Under the pieces are notes generated by a model. That model made no database searches. It had not been told where the DNA came from and was given only the letters and a program-made list of their open reading frames with translations. A DNA stretch of 39,122 bases. Origin: a virus. Taxonomy: Duplodnaviria; Caudoviricetes. Shown one piece after another: positions 9,487-19,313 of this stretch (the first letter of the stretch is position 1; each line of letters opens with the position of its first letter). Where the stretch lies: positions 1-39,122 of IMG/VR virus record IMGVR_UViG_3300025600_000035; one strand, written 5' to 3'. A program made the position numbers and the translations under genes.

Positions 9487-11496
9487 ATGGAAGATGATGC
9501 AATCAAAGACCAACCGACGGAGATTGGAAAGGTAACAAAAGCCCGGGCTAACGTTAAGCTGTCATTAGAAGCGAGTATAGATTGGCGTAAGGAAGCGAAA
9601 GAGGATTACCGCTTCGTACAGGGCAAGCAATGGGACGATAAGGACGTGCAGAGCCTTGAAGCACAGAAGCGTCCTGCTATTACTATTAATCGTTGTAGAC
9701 CGCTAATCAATCAAGTATCAGGCTACTTCGGGCAGAATATGACCGAACCTAACTACCTGCCGCGGGCGAACGGCGACGACGAAGTATGCAATATAGCTAA
9801 AGGTGTTAACAAATACGTCTACGATAAATGTATGTTTAGCCGACACAAGAAGAAGGTAGGCCGTGATAGGCTCATATGTGGCAAAGGTTACTATTGGGTA
9901 TTCTATGACTTTGATTACGAAATAATGAACGGCATGATTAAGATGGAGAGACGTTCTCCGTTTGAAATGTTTGTCGATCCCGAAGGTGTGCAAGAGGATT
10001 TGTCAGACGCTGAATATTGTGGCTCATTCTCGTGGGAATCTCCCGACGAATTAGAACAAGTATACGAAGAGCACGCCGACGAGATTAAGCTACTGGTGCA
10101 TAAACTAGATTCATCCGAGATTGAAACGGTCAACAATGAGCCAATGTGGTATAGCAAGCAACTTAAAAAGGTTCGTGTCGTGCAATACTGGTACAAAGAA
10201 CGGTCATACCGCAACGTGTATCAGATTGAAGGCCAAGTCGATATGATGGACGAAACCGACGACATGAAAGCAATGGTTCGCATGAAGATACCAGGCATTA
10301 AAAAGCATCGTATTCCCGAATGTAAGATTAAGTATTTAACATTCTGTGATGATGTGCTGCTAGAAGCAAATGATTCACCATACAAGCATAAACGCTTTCC
10401 ACTAGTCCCCGAATATTGCTACTACACGGGAGAGAAGGACGAGAACGATAGTAGCCTTGAACCAGCCGGACTTATACGAGATATTAAACCAGTACAACGA
10501 GAGTTAAATAAACATCGCAGCCAACGTATGCACATCGTTAATACGCAAGCCAACGGTATGTGGGTATCTAAAGGCGTAACAACTCCTGAATTTGACACTA
10601 AGTTAAAACAATATGGAACTACGCCAGGTGTTCATCTTAATATGCCGGCAGGGATGGAAAGTTTAGAACGTATTTCCCCCGATGGTATTTCCGCTTCTAA
10701 CGTGGAAATGGAAAGAGTGTCAGGCGAAGACTTTTATACTATATCGGGCATTAACCCCGAAACGATGGGCAATGCTGATTCTCCCGGGCAAATGTCCGGA
10801 GTAGCAATTGACCGTAGACAAAAGGCTTCATTTACGCAGGTATCAGATATAGCCGACGAAGCGAACTATTCTGAACGATTGATACAGGATTTGTTGTGGG
10901 GAGATAAAGGCAGGCCTGGATTAATCCCGCAATATTTCACCGAGGAAATGGTAATGCGTATTGTTGGCGACGATGGAGAACAAAAGTTTATTCAACTGGC
11001 CAACGGACAACAACAAGCGAGGAATGAACAGGATCAGCTTGATACAATGGGTCAACCGCAGGTAGACGAGCAAGGGCAGACGATTAAGAAGGTATTATAC
11101 GATCTGTCGAAGTTTGAATTTGATATTGTTGTCGTGCCAATGTTAAACACTCCAACGTTAATGGCTGCTAACTTAGAACAACTTATAGCGGCTAAACAAG
11201 CAGGTATTAATGTTCCCGACGAAATGATATTAGAGAATATTCCTGTAGGAAACAAGCAGAAAATGATTAAGAAGATGCAAGAACAAGCGCAGGGCGCAAG
11301 CAAGATTGAGCCGCCTAGCGTTAACATGTCCGTACCGTTCAAAGATTTGCCCATCGAGGGACAGATCGCGGCAATGGCGGCTATTGGCGTACAGGTTACG
11401 GCAGAGAGTTTGATACAACAACAAATGTTAAAGAATCCACCAAAGCAAGTAACACAACCAAATAACCAACCACAACAACAACCTAGACAATATTGA
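9487..11496 (+). CDS. Portal protein, P22-like
   Basis: EDYRF..G.QW...RPAITIN, SPYKH.RFP.VP, GLIRDIK..QRELNK, SGVAI..RQ; position after terL. Confidence 0.92.
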   Translation: MEDDAIKDQPTEIGKVTKARANVKLSLEASIDWRKEAKEDYRFVQGKQWDDKDVQSLEAQKRPAITINRCRPLINQVSGYFGQNMTEPNYLPRANGDDEVCNIAKGVNKYVYDKCMFSRHKKKVGRDRLICGKGYYWVFYDFDYEIMNGMIKMERRSPFEMFVDPEGVQEDLSDAEYCGSFSWESPDELEQVYEEHADEIKLLVHKLDSSEIETVNNEPMWYSKQLKKVRVVQYWYKERSYRNVYQIEGQVDMMDETDDMKAMVRMKIPGIKKHRIPECKIKYLTFCDDVLLEANDSPYKHKRFPLVPEYCYYTGEKDENDSSLEPAGLIRDIKPVQRELNKHRSQRMHIVNTQANGMWVSKGVTTPEFDTKLKQYGTTPGVHLNMPAGMESLERISPDGISASNVEMERVSGEDFYTISGINPETMGNADSPGQMSGVAIDRRQKASFTQVSDIADEANYSERLIQDLLWGDKGRPGLIPQYFTEEMVMRIVGDDGEQKFIQLANGQQQARNEQDQLDTMGQPQVDEQGQTIKKVLYDLSKFEFDIVVVPMLNTPTLMAANLEQLIAAKQAGINVPDEMILENIPVGNKQKMIKKMQEQAQGASKIEPPSVNMSVPFKDLPIEGQIAAMAAIGVQVTAESLIQQQMLKNPPKQVTQPNNQPQQQPRQY

Positions 11497-11587
11497 TAGG
11501 AGTGTGGTCACTATGCGTAAGCGTAGTCAATGAGCATCTAGCGATAGATGTATTTTTTATGCCTATTATTAATGGAGGGAAATAAAA

Positions 11588-11758
11588 ATGAGCTTACAGT
11601 CAAGTGCTAATTCGTGGGATAGAGTGTTTAATTATGTATCAAAACTACCCGAATTTAAAGAGATTGAAAATGAATGCCTAGCTGATAATTGTCAATCTTG
11701 CCCTAGTATGGTAATAGTATTTATAAAAAAATTATTAGAAAACCAAGAGAGAGATTAA
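11588..11758 (+). CDS. Small hypothetical protein (56 aa, not in track)
   Basis: GGAGG RBS; MSLQSSANSWDRVF...ENQERD. Confidence 0.5.
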   Translation: MSLQSSANSWDRVFNYVSKLPEFKEIENECLADNCQSCPSMVIVFIKKLLENQERD

Positions 11759-11761
11759 TAC

Positions 11762-11823
11762 CATCGTCAGTAAAGACGTTAAAATCAACGGATAGTATAC
11801 ATCGTCTCAAAAGGACGTTAAAA
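11762..11823 (+). promoter_or_regulatory. Tandem CGTC-n-GACGTTAAAA hairpins upstream of the scaffold gene
   Basis: CATCGTCAGTAAAGACGTTAAAA (11762-11784) and CATCGTCTCAAAAGGACGTTAAAA (11800-11823), the second abutting the RBS. Confidence 0.55.
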
Positions 11824-11834
11824 GGAGATATATT

Positions 11835-12797
11835 ATGGCTGATGAAAATACCCCCGTCGAGATAGAAATATCGACGTTAAGCGAACACTTTACCCCCGAG
11901 GAATTGCAGGAGGTTACTAAAGCTGAACCTGTAATTGAGCCAGTCGTAGAGCCTGTTATCGAACCTATTAAACCAACCGATCCAGTCGCAGAGCCAGCCG
12001 GTGAGGATATACCCGTAGTCGATGACGTTACAATCGAACCTCATTCTGATAATCTCAAAGCGGCATTGAAAGAGGAACGAGACAAGCGCAAAGTATTAGC
12101 GGCTGAACTTGCAGCACTACGAGCGCAACCACCGACAACAACGAACCAACCAACGCCACAAACCGTTCAACAACAGCAACAATCGCAGCAAATTGATATC
12201 AAGGAACAGATTAATCAATACGCCGAGAGAGTCGTAAAGGAACGGCTAGGCATTGAAGGAGATCCACGAGATTTAAGGTACGTTGATCCCGACAAGTACG
12301 ACGACTATATGAACGAAAAGACAATGGTACGTATTGAGGAATCAAACAAATACAATAGCGGTCAAGCGGTAAGACAAGAGAATGTTAACTTTGTCAACGA
12401 ACTACAGACAGCCCCCGACTTCGCAACTTTGTATCAATTCGCATTAGCCGAACTTGACGAATTGCCGGGTAAGAAGTCCCGTTCCGTCGGTAATGCGTTC
12501 CAACGGATAGACCAAGGCGTAGGAACAAAGGAAGATATTGCCGAGGTTAGAACGTTTACGACTGAATGCCGAGCGAAAATGAGTGGAGTAACGCCACAAT
12601 CCAACGTAACTCCCGTAATAGCCCCTACAACGTCACCACTTGACAAAGCAAACGGATTGCCTAGGGCAACGGGATTAAGTGGCTCTAAAACGTCTGCAAT
12701 GAGTTGGTCGCAAGTGGAAGATTTGATCAAGCAAGGAAAGGTTGACCAAATACCTAAAGAAATGATTTCACAAATAGATAAAAGACTATTGGAATAA
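11835..12797 (+). CDS. Capsid scaffolding protein
   Basis: Acidic/Pro-rich N-terminus (EPVI repeats), coiled coil ALKEERDKRK, between portal and capsid. Confidence 0.8.
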   Translation: MADENTPVEIEISTLSEHFTPEELQEVTKAEPVIEPVVEPVIEPIKPTDPVAEPAGEDIPVVDDVTIEPHSDNLKAALKEERDKRKVLAAELAALRAQPPTTTNQPTPQTVQQQQQSQQIDIKEQINQYAERVVKERLGIEGDPRDLRYVDPDKYDDYMNEKTMVRIEESNKYNSGQAVRQENVNFVNELQTAPDFATLYQFALAELDELPGKKSRSVGNAFQRIDQGVGTKEDIAEVRTFTTECRAKMSGVTPQSNVTPVIAPTTSPLDKANGLPRATGLSGSKTSAMSWSQVEDLIKQGKVDQIPKEMISQIDKRLLE

Positions 12798-12814
12798 AAA
12801 GGAGTGTTATATAA

Positions 12815-13792
12815 ATGAATACTATTAATGTTGCATTAATACCCGAACTATGGGTAGCTAAAGTACAAAAAGAAGGTAAGACAGCTAGTTGGTTTAATAA
12901 ATTATCGGCCACGGACGGCAGCCGCCCAGTACACACTAACTCCGAACTTGTCGGTAAGAAAGGTTTAAAGGTAACGTTTGGCCTTGCTATGGAATTGACA
13001 GGGGTAGGGGTTACTGGAAATACTACTTTGCTTGGCAGTGAAGATGCCTTAGTTGTCGAAGATTTTTCCGTAACGATTGACCAAGTAAGACAGGCCGTGT
13101 CATCTACCGAATGGGACACTAGGAAACCCGCTTACGAGCAATGGCCTTTGATTAAAGACGCTCTTGTTACGTGGTTTGCTAATTGGCAGGATAAAACCTT
13201 AGTTGCGAAACTTACCGCAAACCCTACAGGGAATTCAACTACTGGCGAATGGTTATCTGCCGCCGGTGCAGGAACAGAGGTCGCTATTGTAGCAGGTGAT
13301 AAATTAACCTGTGCTCTTATCAGCAAAACTAAACGGCGTGGAGAAAACCATACTCCTGTTGTTCAACAGTTTAAAGTCGAAGGCAATGACGATATGTATG
13401 CAATGCTTATTTCCATTAATGCTGGTCGCGACCTTCGCCTTGATCCTGTATGGATTGCAGCACAACAGAGTGCTGGGGTTAGAGATCAGATGAAGAATCC
13501 TATCTTCTCTGGCGCAATGGGAATTTGGGACGGTGTTGCAATCTATACTTGGAAACGTATTTCTGTTACCGCTACAGGCGCGGCAGGTGCTTTAGTTGCT
13601 CATAACTTGTTACTTGGTAAACAGGCGGCTTGTTATGCAATCGGGCGCAATATGTGGCCTATCAAACAGTTAACAGATTATGATAATGTGATTGGCCAAG
13701 GTATAGCCTTTCACGGCGCAATAGAGAAGACTATATATGATTCCAAAGATTACGGCGTGATTCAATTATTAACATCTAGTGCACTAGACTAG
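12815..13792 (+). CDS. Major capsid protein (N4-gp56/P22-coat-like)
   Basis: 325 aa; GVTGNTTLLGSE..L....F.VTIDQVRQAV, NPIFSGA.G.WDGV, LLGKQA, DYGVI; terminator follows. Confidence 0.9.
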   Translation: MNTINVALIPELWVAKVQKEGKTASWFNKLSATDGSRPVHTNSELVGKKGLKVTFGLAMELTGVGVTGNTTLLGSEDALVVEDFSVTIDQVRQAVSSTEWDTRKPAYEQWPLIKDALVTWFANWQDKTLVAKLTANPTGNSTTGEWLSAAGAGTEVAIVAGDKLTCALISKTKRRGENHTPVVQQFKVEGNDDMYAMLISINAGRDLRLDPVWIAAQQSAGVRDQMKNPIFSGAMGIWDGVAIYTWKRISVTATGAAGALVAHNLLLGKQAACYAIGRNMWPIKQLTDYDNVIGQGIAFHGAIEKTIYDSKDYGVIQLLTSSALD

Positions 13793-13799
13793 GATTATT

Positions 13800-13827
13800 G
13801 GGGGCTTAACGGCTCCCTTTTTTATTT
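13800..13827 (+). terminator. Intrinsic terminator after capsid gene
   Basis: GGGGGC-ttaacg-GCTCCC followed by a T run. Confidence 0.75.
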
Positions 13828-13851
13828 ATGTCTTTGTAAAGGCGGTGAATT

Positions 13852-14460
13852 ATGACCATTATTAACGAATTATTATTAAGTATGAAGTACGAACTACAAG
13901 ATATAAACGGCGATGTGTATAGCCCCTACGTCATCATGGATCAATACAACAAGGGTAACAAAATCTTACGTAATACAATACTTAACCATCTACCGATGCA
14001 ACTAGCCGAGGAAACGACAGGTTCCGTCCTTGCTAATGAAGCTATCACGATGACGAAAAAGCCGATCAAGTTTATCGACGTTCGTATTAACAAACGAATG
14101 ATATACAAGATTGCTAAAAGTGACATATGGGACACGACAACAACAGGCGAACCAAACTCTTATTATTTACTAGGAACAAGCACCGTCAAACTATATCCAA
14201 TTCCTGACAAAGAATATCCGTACGAGATTACGTTCATTCCCGAGAGCGTGAATATGGAAGATACGGGCGACAGCGGGTATCAGACCGACGTTGAGCAATT
14301 ACTCATCAAGTACGTTGTGGCTATGTTAACGGGTAAAGGTTTTGACCTTGTCGGTGAATACAATTCCACTGTTGGCAAGTTGCTAAGCGGGATTGAGACG
14401 GGAACGACGGTTGTAGATGGGTATGGTTCATATTGTGACGGTGGGAGGGATTACAGGTAA
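13852..14460 (+). CDS. Head-tail adaptor protein
   Basis: TTGEPNSYY....VKLYPIPD motif typical of podovirus adaptors; synteny. Confidence 0.7.
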   Translation: MTIINELLLSMKYELQDINGDVYSPYVIMDQYNKGNKILRNTILNHLPMQLAEETTGSVLANEAITMTKKPIKFIDVRINKRMIYKIAKSDIWDTTTTGEPNSYYLLGTSTVKLYPIPDKEYPYEITFIPESVNMEDTGDSGYQTDVEQLLIKYVVAMLTGKGFDLVGEYNSTVGKLLSGIETGTTVVDGYGSYCDGGRDYR

Positions 14461-14939
14461 TGCTTATAAGCGATATTATCAACCTGGCCGCCAAAAGAAT
14501 GGATTTAGACGTGGACGATTACGACACGCAAGTAATGATACTCCATATCAACTCGGGTATCGCACGAATCAACAACGGATTTATCAAGGTCTCTGATGCC
14601 GAGTGCGTAAAACAAGTTGTAATTACGACTGACATTGCAAGACCAGCAGACTACTTTGGGCAGATACCACAAAAGGCCGCTTACCCCGTCGTAGTGAGTG
14701 CAACGACAATATCACGGGCAGTAGGTGCACCACCTAGCGTGCTATTTAAATATTCGACGTTCAAGTTGGCGTTAACTACGGTAGCCGACACAATCCCGTT
14801 ACCTGCTTATTGCATCGGCGAGTTAGTGGATTACGTATGTATTCACCTACAGAATGACATTGAAGCGAACGTTACGCAGGACGTGGGACTTTCTACGTCT
14901 GACGAAGCTTTATTATTTGCGGCGAAAGGTGGGGTGTAA
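14460..14939 (+). CDS. Second adaptor-like virion protein
   Basis: N-terminus resembles adaptor pattern (ISDIIN.A...D........I.HINSG); translational coupling. Confidence 0.55.
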   Translation: MLISDIINLAAKRMDLDVDDYDTQVMILHINSGIARINNGFIKVSDAECVKQVVITTDIARPADYFGQIPQKAAYPVVVSATTISRAVGAPPSVLFKYSTFKLALTTVADTIPLPAYCIGELVDYVCIHLQNDIEANVTQDVGLSTSDEALLFAAKGGV

Positions 14940-16385
14940 ATGCCAGTACAGGCAACGAAACACCCTTCACAGTTTACTATCGGTCTAGGCAATATCATGG
15001 GTGGCCTTTGTTTAATAGCTAACCCCGAAGCAATCCCTGACGGATTTGTCGCGCAAATGGACAATTGGGAATACGGAACGTTATTAAACCAACCACAGGT
15101 ATGCCCAGGAGTGGCAACTCAATACGACTTAGGTAGTGACGTTGATACATTGTTTTACGATGCAGTACACGACGTATGGCATTGCTCGTCAGGAACAAAC
15201 GAATATCAAGTACCTAGTGACTTTACTACCCATTCATTGATGGGATCACTAACAGGAACGTATACGCCTATTTATGCACTCTATGATGATGTTGTTTTGC
15301 TGGCTAGTGGTGGGCAAATACAGAAAATATCTAGCGGTACAACGTTAGAAACCGTTCCTTCTTCTCCCATGTCTCACTGGGTAGCACATAACAACGGACG
15401 AGTGGAAGCGTTCAATATCTTGTCTGACGTTAAGAATTATTCAGCTATTGGAGATTACAACGGATGGACGAACGATCCTGCCGTTGTTTCAAGTTCTCAA
15501 TTCGTGGACGTTGGATATAAAGACTTTTCGCAGATTGCTTGCACGATTAAACTTGCTACGGATTCCATCGTGATTAAAACTTCCGGCGTGGCATACCGAG
15601 TATTGAACGAAAACGACTTTGCTAATATTTCCGTGGTTCCGGCTGCACAAAAGAGCGGATCGTTTAATCAATATTCGGGACTCTCGTTAGCGAATAAGGC
15701 TTATTATATCGGTCCGGAGGGCTTCAACTCATTCAGCACCGTTACGGATTACGGCGGGGTAAAGGTGGACGATCCTTCGCCTGGCTCAAATATCAACGGC
15801 TGGTATGTGCAAAACGTAGATAGTGGCTCTAAGATATGGCACGTTCCGTCGAGAAAACAGGTGTGGGCTAAGACTTCCAACATGAACGAGGTTCTTATCT
15901 ATCACTACGGGATTAATGCATGGAGCAAGCGGCAATTCAAGTATCCCGTGCACGACGTAGTTTGCAAGGGTATGGACATTTATATTGCCTACGGTACGAA
16001 GATAGGCAAGTTAGACGACAAGATTTCTACGGACGACGGGTTTAACTACACGGCGATTATCGCAAGCAAACGATACCTGCCGAAATATAAAAAATTCCTA
16101 ATGAAATATCTATGGCTGATTACTTACAATTTTATAGAAGGAAACTATATTTTAGAAGTTGGCGGTAAAATATTGCCCGTCTTGTTTAGTTCTACTGCCG
16201 ATATAGCAAATATTGATTACGATATAGCAGATACGGATTCTGATCCTGTTAATCAATCTAACTACACACCAACAAGAAAACGAATGAGAAAGCGAGCAAC
16301 AGCGGTGCAGATGGTTTTAACTGTTCAATCAGGGCGATTGGCAATAAGAGATATGGGTATTGATTTAGTGCAGATCGGAAGATAA
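14940..16385 (+). CDS. Tail nozzle / DNA stabilisation protein (P22 gp10-like)
   Basis: 481 aa beta-rich, GGL.L...PEAIPD...QMDN start; position before the tailspike. Confidence 0.7.
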   Translation: MPVQATKHPSQFTIGLGNIMGGLCLIANPEAIPDGFVAQMDNWEYGTLLNQPQVCPGVATQYDLGSDVDTLFYDAVHDVWHCSSGTNEYQVPSDFTTHSLMGSLTGTYTPIYALYDDVVLLASGGQIQKISSGTTLETVPSSPMSHWVAHNNGRVEAFNILSDVKNYSAIGDYNGWTNDPAVVSSSQFVDVGYKDFSQIACTIKLATDSIVIKTSGVAYRVLNENDFANISVVPAAQKSGSFNQYSGLSLANKAYYIGPEGFNSFSTVTDYGGVKVDDPSPGSNINGWYVQNVDSGSKIWHVPSRKQVWAKTSNMNEVLIYHYGINAWSKRQFKYPVHDVVCKGMDIYIAYGTKIGKLDDKISTDDGFNYTAIIASKRYLPKYKKFLMKYLWLITYNFIEGNYILEVGGKILPVLFSSTADIANIDYDIADTDSDPVNQSNYTPTRKRMRKRATAVQMVLTVQSGRLAIRDMGIDLVQIGR

Positions 16386-16398
16386 CGGAGGTGGAGAA

Positions 16399-18210
16399 AT
16401 GAGCTTATACCAAGAATTCCCTAATACGTTCAGCCCAACGCAAGAAACACAAGAAGTATTAAAAAATCACGATAATGAGTTTAAGAAAGTATATGTTGAT
16501 GTAAACAATATAATGAGCGGTACGGGTCATGCTCATACGGGGAGCGGGAGCGACGGTAGTAAGATAAGTTATGCTGATTTGGAAAATAAACCAACGATTC
16601 CAACGGCTTTAACAATGGTCAACGTTCCTGCTGGCGATATTTCTGCGGTGACTGTGCAAGATGCAATTAACGAACTGAACAACAAAAAAGCTACAACGAT
16701 AAATTTAAACAATGGACTTTCTACTAAAGTAAACCAATCATCTTTAGATAATACTAACATTAGCGTTCTCGCCAATACTAACGCTCTGATAAATAAAGCT
16801 AGTATCTCATATGTTGATACTAAAATTGGGTCAGTTGTCGGTGGTACTCCTAAAGGGGTATATGCAACGCTGGCATTATTGCAATCCGCATATCCATCGG
16901 GGACAACAGGGACATATATAGTATCAGCAGATGGGAAATGGTATTATTGGGGTGGATCTTGGATCGCAGGAGGGGTATACCAAAGCACAGGAATAGCGGA
17001 TAACTCTATTGCACCAATAAAGCTTAATTTTATACCTGTTGCGGGTGATGTTAGTAAAAACTTATTTAATAAAGCAACTATAACGGGTGGAAGGTATGTT
17101 GATTCTAGCGGTAATCATCCATATGTTGGCGGGTGGGATTATAGTGACTTTATCCCCACAGCACCTAATACCGTTTATGCTATTTTAACAACAGGGGATT
17201 ATAGACCGTTGTGCTTTTTTGATGCTAATCATAATCCGGCAGGAGGTCTTGATTACCCTGGGCATACGGTTACAACTCCGTCAAATGGATATTACATACA
17301 GTTAAGTATGCAGGATGCTGATATTAACGGTCTTATGTTTTATCAATATAATGGAACAGAATTAATATATGAAAAATACGGTGCCACTTATATAAGTAAA
17401 ACAAGTATTGCAAACCGAAACTTGATAGCGTATAAAAATATTATCATCGTTGCAAAAAGTGGGGGAGATTATACCTCAATTAGCTACGCGGTATACGCGG
17501 AGAGTGGCAATATACCACTAACTATTATTTTATGCCCTGGAGTTTATTATGAAAATATAAATATTATAGATAAATCGGTATCTATAATCGGTGTCAACAA
17601 AAATACGTGCATTATTAGGGATGATAGTGGTAACTACAATACACCGCCTTTGGCTCTAAATGGTGGTTGTTATATAGCAAACGTAAGCATAATCTCTACA
17701 CATAATAATGCTACAGTTGCGCAGGTTGGCTATGCTGTGCATTGTGATTATGCAGGAGCAGGGATAATAGAATTTAATAATTGTATTTTAAGTTCTGCCC
17801 AAGCTGCAGCGATTGGAATTGGGCTACATCAAGATCAAACAGTTATACTAAGCAATTGCGAATTGATTAAAAACGATGCTGATATGCCTTATCCTAATGG
17901 TGCGTTATATTGTCATAACCAACAATGGGATGGAGCAACTAACCAGCATCTAATAGTTAAAAACTGTAGTATAAAAACCGATACAGGAGCTGCTGTGGTA
18001 ATTGAAGATGCCAACCATAGAGCGGGTGGTGCAGGTGGTGACGCAAGAGACACTACAGTTGCTTTTTACAATACCATTGCATATTCAAAAACACTAGGGA
18101 AAATAGGAATTGTCACTGGCGATTCTCCATTAGCAGAGGGTTGCTTAAGCGGTTATATAAAATTAACCGATGATAGTTTCGGCAATAACGTTGCAGAATT
18201 AAACGTATGA
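16399..18210 (+). CDS. Tailspike / receptor-binding protein with C-terminal pectin-lyase-like beta-helix
   Basis: N-terminal GHAHTGSGSDG, GTPKGVYATL..L...YP.G module, VAKSGGDYTSI...I.L.PGVYYENI beta-helix entry, Asn/Cys ladder. Confidence 0.8.
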   Translation: MSLYQEFPNTFSPTQETQEVLKNHDNEFKKVYVDVNNIMSGTGHAHTGSGSDGSKISYADLENKPTIPTALTMVNVPAGDISAVTVQDAINELNNKKATTINLNNGLSTKVNQSSLDNTNISVLANTNALINKASISYVDTKIGSVVGGTPKGVYATLALLQSAYPSGTTGTYIVSADGKWYYWGGSWIAGGVYQSTGIADNSIAPIKLNFIPVAGDVSKNLFNKATITGGRYVDSSGNHPYVGGWDYSDFIPTAPNTVYAILTTGDYRPLCFFDANHNPAGGLDYPGHTVTTPSNGYYIQLSMQDADINGLMFYQYNGTELIYEKYGATYISKTSIANRNLIAYKNIIIVAKSGGDYTSISYAVYAESGNIPLTIILCPGVYYENINIIDKSVSIIGVNKNTCIIRDDSGNYNTPPLALNGGCYIANVSIISTHNNATVAQVGYAVHCDYAGAGIIEFNNCILSSAQAAAIGIGLHQDQTVILSNCELIKNDADMPYPNGALYCHNQQWDGATNQHLIVKNCSIKTDTGAAVVIEDANHRAGGAGGDARDTTVAFYNTIAYSKTLGKIGIVTGDSPLAEGCLSGYIKLTDDSFGNNVAELNV

Positions 18211-18241
18211 ACCTGTCAACGACGATAAACGAGGTGACGAA

Positions 18242-18586
18242 ATGAAGATCGACGAATGGATCAAATACCACGACGAAAAAGCGAATAAACGTTGTAATAT
18301 TCCGATTGGATTAGATAGGGTACACCCTAATTGCCCCCCCGGTCAAGAAATAATTACAGATTCCACAAATGGAGCCGTTCAATATTTTATTGACGGTTCT
18401 TTTATTTATATAACAGGTATTGTCGGCAACGTACAGCATTGGAACGAGGTTATTAACGAGATAGCCAAGGCTAGTAAATGTACTCACCTTATAGGCTATA
18501 CGTGCGCTACAAGGCCAAAAGCGGTAGCAAGATTAACAGGATTCAAGATAACGAGAACATGGACTGAAATGATAAGGGAGGTATGA
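18242..18586 (+). CDS. Hypothetical protein at the position of P22 gp14-like (acetyltransferase-like) factor
   Basis: Synteny before ejection proteins; A.ARLTGFK motif. Confidence 0.5.
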   Translation: MKIDEWIKYHDEKANKRCNIPIGLDRVHPNCPPGQEIITDSTNGAVQYFIDGSFIYITGIVGNVQHWNEVINEIAKASKCTHLIGYTCATRPKAVARLTGFKITRTWTEMIREV

Positions 18587-18589
18587 AAT

Positions 18590-19300
18590 ATGTGTTTTGG
18601 TGGAGGAACAACGAATACAACGACGAACGCATATAGGCCATTAACCGCCGCAGAAACGAGTATGCAGAACGACAGCGCAGCATACGCCAAGTCGATCCAA
18701 CCAACGGCGACGAACATGGTCAACCAAGCAACGACAGGGCTTAATAACGCTGCAACGTTCAACCCGAACTATACAGGCCTATACAACGACCAAGCCCAGG
18801 CAACGGCACAGAACGGAGCTAGGGCAACGGATATATCCAACGGCTTACTACCACAGGCATATCAAGATAATCGCAATGCACAGGCCAAGACGTACGCCAC
18901 AAGTGCAATGGGTGGCTTATTAAGCGATATGAATAATCGTGGTGTTATCAATAGTTCGGTAACGAATAGTGGCTTGAATAATATCAATACAACGATGGCT
19001 AACGCTTTCCAAAATTCATATAGTAACGACTTAAATCAAGCATCGAATCTCAACAACACGAATCAAAACTTCGCAAACATGCCAATCACGCAAGCCAACC
19101 AGGCGCAGCAAGCTTCGTATCAAACCCCGCTTCAACTCTACGGGGCAGCTACGGGGCAGATGCAGCCAACGTCGCAGATATGGACGAGTGCACAGGCGGC
19201 GAACGCGAACCCAATATCAAGTACGCAAACGCAGAGCGGGGGCGGTGGATTGTTTAGCGGATTATTGAACGGTGTGGCTTCGTATTACGGGGCTAAGTAA
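18590..19300 (+). CDS. Internal virion / ejection protein 1
   Basis: MCFGGGTT start, Gln/Asn/Ala-rich, C-terminal GGGLFSGLL. Confidence 0.7.
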   Translation: MCFGGGTTNTTTNAYRPLTAAETSMQNDSAAYAKSIQPTATNMVNQATTGLNNAATFNPNYTGLYNDQAQATAQNGARATDISNGLLPQAYQDNRNAQAKTYATSAMGGLLSDMNNRGVINSSVTNSGLNNINTTMANAFQNSYSNDLNQASNLNNTNQNFANMPITQANQAQQASYQTPLQLYGAATGQMQPTSQIWTSAQAANANPISSTQTQSGGGGLFSGLLNGVASYYGAK

Positions 19301-19313
19301 TGGAGGTAAGTAT

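Noticed and set aside
11925-11970. EPVI/EPVV repeats in the scaffold and Gln runs in portal and ejection proteins as DNA repeat elements
   Set aside because: Codons are degenerate; these are ordinary low-complexity protein linkers.
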